From Candidatus Heimdallarchaeota archaeon (GTDB lineage: Archaea > Asgardarchaeota > Heimdallarchaeia > Heimdallarchaeales > Heimdallarchaeaceae): a stretch of 11,278 nt of DNA. Below are positions 7,345-11,278 of the stretch, piece by piece; within the stretch, counting starts at the first letter, position 1, and each line of letters opens with the position of its first letter. The notes under the pieces were generated by a model. That model was not told where the DNA came from. It was given only the letters and a program-made list of their open reading frames with translations, and made no database searches. The position numbers were made by a program, and so were the translations under genes. The stretch lies in the NCBI GenBank assembly GCA_030668875.1, contig DAOVER010000074.1, positions 1 to 11,278 of the forward strand, given 5' to 3'.

Positions 7345-7791
7345 ATGAAATGCCCTTATTGTGGTTATCTTAAACCGAAGCAGAAGAAGGATTCTTTCAA
7401 GATGTATACATGCCCTCGATGTGATTATCTTTTTGAAGTTCCAACAGGAGAGACTATTCTTGATAAAATTCTATCTATTCCTTTCTCTTCAATTATCTAT
7501 ACACCTTTTATTCTAACAATTAATTATTTTATCGCACATTTTACCTATAGTGAAGGACTATTTGATTTTGGTATGCTTCTAGCTTTCCACATACTGATGT
7601 CGATGTTTTCTATTCTCTTCATTCTCTACATAACAACACGAGGGAGCGACCAAATTTTTATAGTCAAAAAGAGAAGTAGTAAAAACCTCTTACATAGAAT
7701 TAGAGACATCTCTCCTCTTATTAAAATAACAGTCTTGCTTGGTATAGCAATGATCATCGTGCCCTTTGTTTTACACCAGAGATTATTCTAA
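7345..7791 (+). CDS. Hypothetical membrane protein with N-terminal Zn ribbon (CPYC-x16-CPRC) and about 3 TM helices
   Basis: Two CxxC pairs in the first 26 aa and three hydrophobic segments; starts 42 nt after the upstream gene in the same direction. Confidence 0.8.
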   Translation: MKCPYCGYLKPKQKKDSFKMYTCPRCDYLFEVPTGETILDKILSIPFSSIIYTPFILTINYFIAHFTYSEGLFDFGMLLAFHILMSMFSILFILYITTRGSDQIFIVKKRSSKNLLHRIRDISPLIKITVLLGIAMIIVPFVLHQRLF

Positions 7792-7811
7792 ACTGAAATA
7801 GACTTAAGTTA

Positions 7812-7837
7812 ATAATGACCTCGTATTTAGTCATTAT
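7812..7837. other. Perfect 8-bp inverted repeat (ATAATGAC-N10-GTCATTAT) in a convergent intergenic region; possible terminator hairpin or protein-binding site
   Basis: Seen directly, 20 nt after the stop of 7345..7791. Function not established. Confidence 0.35.
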
Positions 7838-7894
7838 GCTCGATATTCCAACTTTAATAATTGACAAATAGTGTTGATTTTTTTCAAATAATGT

Positions 7895-7923
7895 AAAAAG
7901 AAAAAGAAAAAGAAAAGAAAAAG
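7895..7923 (-). terminator. Archaeal oligo-T terminator tract (minus strand CTTTTT-CTTTT-(CTTTTT)3)
   Basis: Begins within 2 nt of the SBP stop codon; mirrors the tract at 751-775. Confidence 0.7.
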
Positions 7924-7924
7924 A

Positions 7925-9868
7925 TTATTTCTTTTTGCGGTATAATGCTACGAAAGCTGCTGCACCGATAGCTGCGAGGATACCAAACAATGGAACTGGT
8001 ACTCCAGGTATTGTAATTTCGTATCCAGCTGCGGTTAGCCATTCTACTGCGGCATCAAGATCGCGGTTGTATTTGATAATGTCGTTGTAGTAGTAGTATG
8101 CAGTAAATGGATAGATTACACTGTGGGAGATTAAGTACTCACCATCATGAATAACCTGGTTTATCTCGTCACGATCGACAGCATAGTTTATAGCTTTACG
8201 AACTGCACAACCCTTAGTGTATTCTTGTTTTCCAGGAGCGGTAAGATATTCAAAGTTATCAACACCACCGACGAAAGGTCTGCGCAAATTCATAAACATG
8301 AAGGTGAAGCTTGCAGTTAAGAAACTTTGTACTTCAAATCTTGGATCTGCTTGCATTTGCTTTCTTTCAGATGGGAAGGCAGTTAGACCAGTCCAGTCTA
8401 ATTTACCGGCTTTGAATTCTGCTAATTCTGCTGAAATATCAGGAATAACACGAACATTGAATGTTTCGATGTCTAGATCTTGCTCAGTTCCGTCAATGAT
8501 ACCAATGCCCATCCAGAATGGACTAGCTTGTAATACAGTAACGGAGTTCTTGATGTAATAATCTAACATATATTTTCCACAACCAAAGGCGGATGTAGAG
8601 TAATATACCCAAGCATCACTGTCTAGAATTCCAGTGTAGAAACCTGTACATTCGGCTCCACCAGATGTGTATGAGACAGTAGGATCTGAGGAATTCAAGA
8701 AGAATTCAGGTAGAATTTCCCAAGGTAGTCTGGCCCAAAAGTCGACGTATTGTTCAATTTCTGGGGTTAATGGGTTTCCATCAATTTCGATATGGAAGGA
8801 TAGCTCATCTACTGGGTCAACATATGCTGCTGAAATCCAGTTATGATAAGATGGACTTTCACTAACGATTGAGTTTGCCCATGCAAGATAGGTAAAGACT
8901 GCGTCTTTAGCTGTAACCTGTTGATTCTCACCATCACTAAATCTGTCTTCACCTACTTCATCTTTTAGACCATTCATTAATTGGGTAGTAGCAGGATCAA
9001 GTGCTGCAGAACTAGCATCTCTGCCAGTAACGTTGTATGATGGATTCCAGAATACTTTATCTCTCATAGTAAATTTGAAGTGGAATTCGTCAATTTGTTC
9101 CCAATCTGTAACTAATGAAGTTTTGAGTGGGGCCAAATCAGGACTCCAACCAACAATTGATTCAGCCATTAAGCCGAATATGAAAGAGCTGGATGTATCA
9201 TCTGTTTGTAGTGGGTTCAAATCTCTCCAGTTAGCGTCAGCTACACTGAATTCAGTAAGTGAGTCTTGACCTTCATGTAATCCATCGTATTCGATGTATG
9301 GTAAGGAATCAATTATTCCCCAACGACCATCATAACCGAGTGTGTTTGCCCATGTAGCAACGTATGACCTTGGTGCGAATAATGGTAGCATTGGAACGAT
9401 TTTGTCCATCATCAACTGCTGCCAATCATAGTAGTGTTGTTGTCTTTGTTCAAGATCAACTATGGTAACACCTTCAATTTGCATGTTCTCGCTTTTGTTT
9501 CCGTATGGCATTTCTTTGGTAATTCCGTACATGTTTAGTGAACCATCAGCACCATAACAATCGTACATGTCTGGTGAGGATCCACCGCCAGCTAAACCGA
9601 CTACACCTAGGTCAAAGTCTCTTGTTAATAGCAGAGTTCCAATGAACACTGTCCATTCTTCGACTTTAACTTCTACTTCAATTCCAATCTCTCTTAAGTA
9701 CTGAGCAATGTATAAACCATAGTCAGGTCGGACACCACCGCCGTTAGTCTTGAAGACTAAATTTGCGAGGGGTTCAACAGCTGCCTGTGAGTTATTTGCA
9801 TTAAATGCACTCATAGCTAGTAGGCTAGAAAGAATGAAGAGTGTAAAAATTACTGTTTTTTTCTTCAT
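7925..9868 (-). CDS. Family-5 (OppA/DppA/NikA-like) ABC solute-binding protein, apparently circularly permuted; N-terminal signal peptide, C-terminal TM anchor plus RKKK
   Basis: Family-5 motifs: LNPL..DD.SS, LVTDWE, FKFTMRD, VTAKDAVFT, FGCGKY, VRVIPD.SAELAEFKAGKLD, FMNLRRP, VRKAINYAVDRDEI, D...A..WL.AAGY, plus IAQYLREIGIEVEV and VPMLPLF. The last two normally lie at the C-terminus but are N-terminal here. Confidence 0.92.
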   Translation of the reverse strand: MKKKTVIFTLFILSSLLAMSAFNANNSQAAVEPLANLVFKTNGGGVRPDYGLYIAQYLREIGIEVEVKVEEWTVFIGTLLLTRDFDLGVVGLAGGGSSPDMYDCYGADGSLNMYGITKEMPYGNKSENMQIEGVTIVDLEQRQQHYYDWQQLMMDKIVPMLPLFAPRSYVATWANTLGYDGRWGIIDSLPYIEYDGLHEGQDSLTEFSVADANWRDLNPLQTDDTSSSFIFGLMAESIVGWSPDLAPLKTSLVTDWEQIDEFHFKFTMRDKVFWNPSYNVTGRDASSAALDPATTQLMNGLKDEVGEDRFSDGENQQVTAKDAVFTYLAWANSIVSESPSYHNWISAAYVDPVDELSFHIEIDGNPLTPEIEQYVDFWARLPWEILPEFFLNSSDPTVSYTSGGAECTGFYTGILDSDAWVYYSTSAFGCGKYMLDYYIKNSVTVLQASPFWMGIGIIDGTEQDLDIETFNVRVIPDISAELAEFKAGKLDWTGLTAFPSERKQMQADPRFEVQSFLTASFTFMFMNLRRPFVGGVDNFEYLTAPGKQEYTKGCAVRKAINYAVDRDEINQVIHDGEYLISHSVIYPFTAYYYYNDIIKYNRDLDAAVEWLTAAGYEITIPGVPVPLFGILAAIGAAAFVALYRKKK

Positions 9869-9873
9869 TTAAT

Positions 9874-9879
9874 ATCACC
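9874..9879 (-). promoter_or_regulatory. Shine-Dalgarno GGTGAT for the SBP gene
   Basis: GGTGAT lies 5 nt upstream of ATG 9868 in a 20-nt intergenic gap, supporting co-transcription with 9889..11055. Confidence 0.75.
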
Positions 9880-9888
9880 AATATTTTA

Positions 9889-11055
9889 TTATTTTCTCTT
9901 ACGCACAAATGCGTAACTAACTAGCCCGAGCATTGAGACACTTATAAGTATACCGAAGCCCATTCCTACTCCATCTGCTTCTTCGCCGACAAATACTCTC
10001 ATAACGGCTAAGTCATGACCAACTGCTGGTGCTGCTTCTCCGTATAATTGTGCATAGTCATCAAGTTTGTTTCCAAACAGATTGAAGAATATGAAGTTTT
10101 GTCCTTTCTTTAAAGGTGCGATAGTAGTTGTCATGTTGTTCCAATCAGCATCGTTCACATACCACATGTATGTCAACATTCCCATTGTATTCATTGCTAC
10201 ATAGTTTGATCCATAAGATCCATCAAACAATTCTATTGGATTGTTTGAAGCGTTATAGTTTACGTAAACTTCTGTTACAACTGGATCGCCTTCTAGAGCG
10301 ACAGGTATAGTTTGATATACTGGAGTTGCTGCTTCTGCTACAGGTCTTGGATTGTCTGCCCATTCATTCCACTCATAATATTGTCCTAAATCTTCAGAAT
10401 TAACAGCTGTTGCTACTAATTCTACTTCATTGTATAGGGCGTCTTCAATAAGTGGTGGGACATCTGATCTGTCTTCTGCTACGTAAAAGACAACTTGATC
10501 TTTTGCGTATTCCCAATGGAATTCAGTGTGATTCGCATCGGATACCATTTCTGCGGCTACAACTGTTAGATAATGCCATCCAACTGCTAATTTTAACCTG
10601 ATTTCTTGATAATTTCCATTATCTTCATCAAGCCAAAAGTTGGACATACCTAGGTCATAATCATCAAGCATCAGATTAAACATACCAGCGTATCTGGTGG
10701 TGTTATATAGGTCTGAGCCGGTATAACCTTCGGAAGCATTGTTTTGTGGTTCATAGAACCATGTATCGGTTTGCCATCCATTACCAAGTGTATATAGGTA
10801 GGATGCCCAAGCGATAACAGCTACGTCATAGAAAAATGCAAAGTGAAGAACGTCTTCTGTTGTAAATACATCATTATCTCCGATAAATCTTGTATCAAAT
10901 TCAACATAAACATTATCACTTGGAACCCAAGCTGATGGAATATAATCGATTGTGATTTCGACTTTATTGTCACCTTGTTCCGCATTTGTCAATGCAACAG
11001 CACTAACGGTTGATACTACAAAAAGGAATAGAAAAATTAGTCCTTTTTTATTCAT
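9889..11055 (-). CDS. Hypothetical secreted, C-terminally anchored surface protein (388 aa), beta-rich, possibly two tandem Ig-like domains
   Basis: MNKK plus hydrophobic signal peptide; acidic, aromatic-rich body; ends GMGFGILISVSMLGLVSYAFVRKRK. Confidence 0.85.
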   Translation of the reverse strand: MNKKGLIFLFLFVVSTVSAVALTNAEQGDNKVEITIDYIPSAWVPSDNVYVEFDTRFIGDNDVFTTEDVLHFAFFYDVAVIAWASYLYTLGNGWQTDTWFYEPQNNASEGYTGSDLYNTTRYAGMFNLMLDDYDLGMSNFWLDEDNGNYQEIRLKLAVGWHYLTVVAAEMVSDANHTEFHWEYAKDQVVFYVAEDRSDVPPLIEDALYNEVELVATAVNSEDLGQYYEWNEWADNPRPVAEAATPVYQTIPVALEGDPVVTEVYVNYNASNNPIELFDGSYGSNYVAMNTMGMLTYMWYVNDADWNNMTTTIAPLKKGQNFIFFNLFGNKLDDYAQLYGEAAPAVGHDLAVMRVFVGEEADGVGMGFGILISVSMLGLVSYAFVRKRK

Positions 11056-11106
11056 TTTTTATTCACTTTAACTTACATTAAGTAAGCAAATGTTTCTACC
11101 AAGTTG

Positions 11107-11117
11107 TTATATAAAAA
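11107..11117 (-). promoter_or_regulatory. Probable TATA box (TTTTTATATAA) of the surface-protein/SBP operon
   Basis: Strong archaeal TATA consensus about 52-60 nt upstream of ATG 11055, implying a short leader of about 30 nt. Confidence 0.5.
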
Positions 11118-11139
11118 GATTATGCCTAAAGCTTAACGC

Positions 11140-11278
11140 TGTTAACTCAACAGACATGGGTTACACTTGAGGGTATAGAGAGAGTCAAGGGCACATTCAT
11201 AAACCTTTCACCAGGAGTTTGAAGGTTTATTCCTTGATGAGGGCGGGAGAAGTTGTAATAGTCACGATAACGACGGAG
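11140..11278 (-). mobile_element. Right end of an IS481-like (DDE integrase-core) insertion sequence, truncated by the window edge
   Basis: Terminus reads 5'-TGTTAACTCAACAGACATGG on the plus strand (TGT...ACA type end), composition shifts to higher GC, and a transposase C-terminus stops inside the terminal repeat. Confidence 0.78.
11147..11278 (-). CDS. C-terminal 43 aa of an IS481/IS3-type transposase (not in the ORF track)
   Basis: Manual translation: LRRYRDYYNFSRPHQGINLQTPGERFMNVPLTLSIPSSVTHVC*, containing the integrase-core signature Y-x-x-Y-Y-N-x-x-R-P-H-x-G-I-x-x-x-T-P. Confidence 0.85.
   Translation of the reverse strand, partial: LRRYRDYYNFSRPHQGINLQTPGERFMNVPLTLSIPSSVTHVC

Noticed and set aside
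139-8536. Diversity-generating retroelement TR/VR pair
   Set aside because: Differences between the copies are not confined to adenines and include many synonymous changes; no reverse transcriptase in the window.
1483-10310. Short ORFs 1483..1677, 3643..4026, 8217..8558, 9033..9269 and 10128..10310
   Set aside because: All lie wholly antisense within longer, better-supported genes and show no protein motifs.
11072-11086. CTTAC-N5-GTAAG palindrome near the predicted transcription start
   Set aside because: 5-bp arms in AT-rich DNA are within chance expectation.
11185-11278. Plus-strand hairpin and GGGCGGGA...GTAATAGT...GGAG resembling group II intron domains II-III
   Set aside because: The minus strand translates cleanly to an integrase-core C-terminus (YYNFSRPHQGI...TP) ending in a TGT-type IS terminus, which explains the sequence better.

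Overview
An AT-rich archaeal-looking window (archaeal MptE, GGTGAT ribosome-binding site, oligo-T terminators, many C-terminally anchored surface proteins). An Asgard/Heimdallarchaeia origin is plausible but is inference only. Both edges run about 138-139 nt into mobile DNA, which suggests a whole contig broken at multicopy elements. The right edge is the 3' end of an IS481-like element. The left edge is a structured, 50% GC segment that may be the left non-coding end of an IS110-family element; it interrupts a family-5 solute-binding protein (SBP) gene. The core holds a helical hypothetical protein, a PTPS-III-type pterin enzyme converging on mptE, a CLC-CBS anion transporter or channel, a surface protein with 7 FG-GAP-like and 9 TSP3-like repeats, a Zn-ribbon membrane protein, and an operon of an unknown surface protein plus an intact family-5 SBP. 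Highlights: (1) the SBP appears circularly permuted relative to OppA/DppA; (2) the candidate IS110 left end has a hairpin loop complementary to its own insertion junction, reminiscent of a bridge RNA guide; (3) PTPS-III plus MptE would give a FolB/MptD-independent pterin route; (4) the two inverted SBP paralogs show mosaic identity. No database searches, HMM searches or folding programs were run; all alignments were done by eye.
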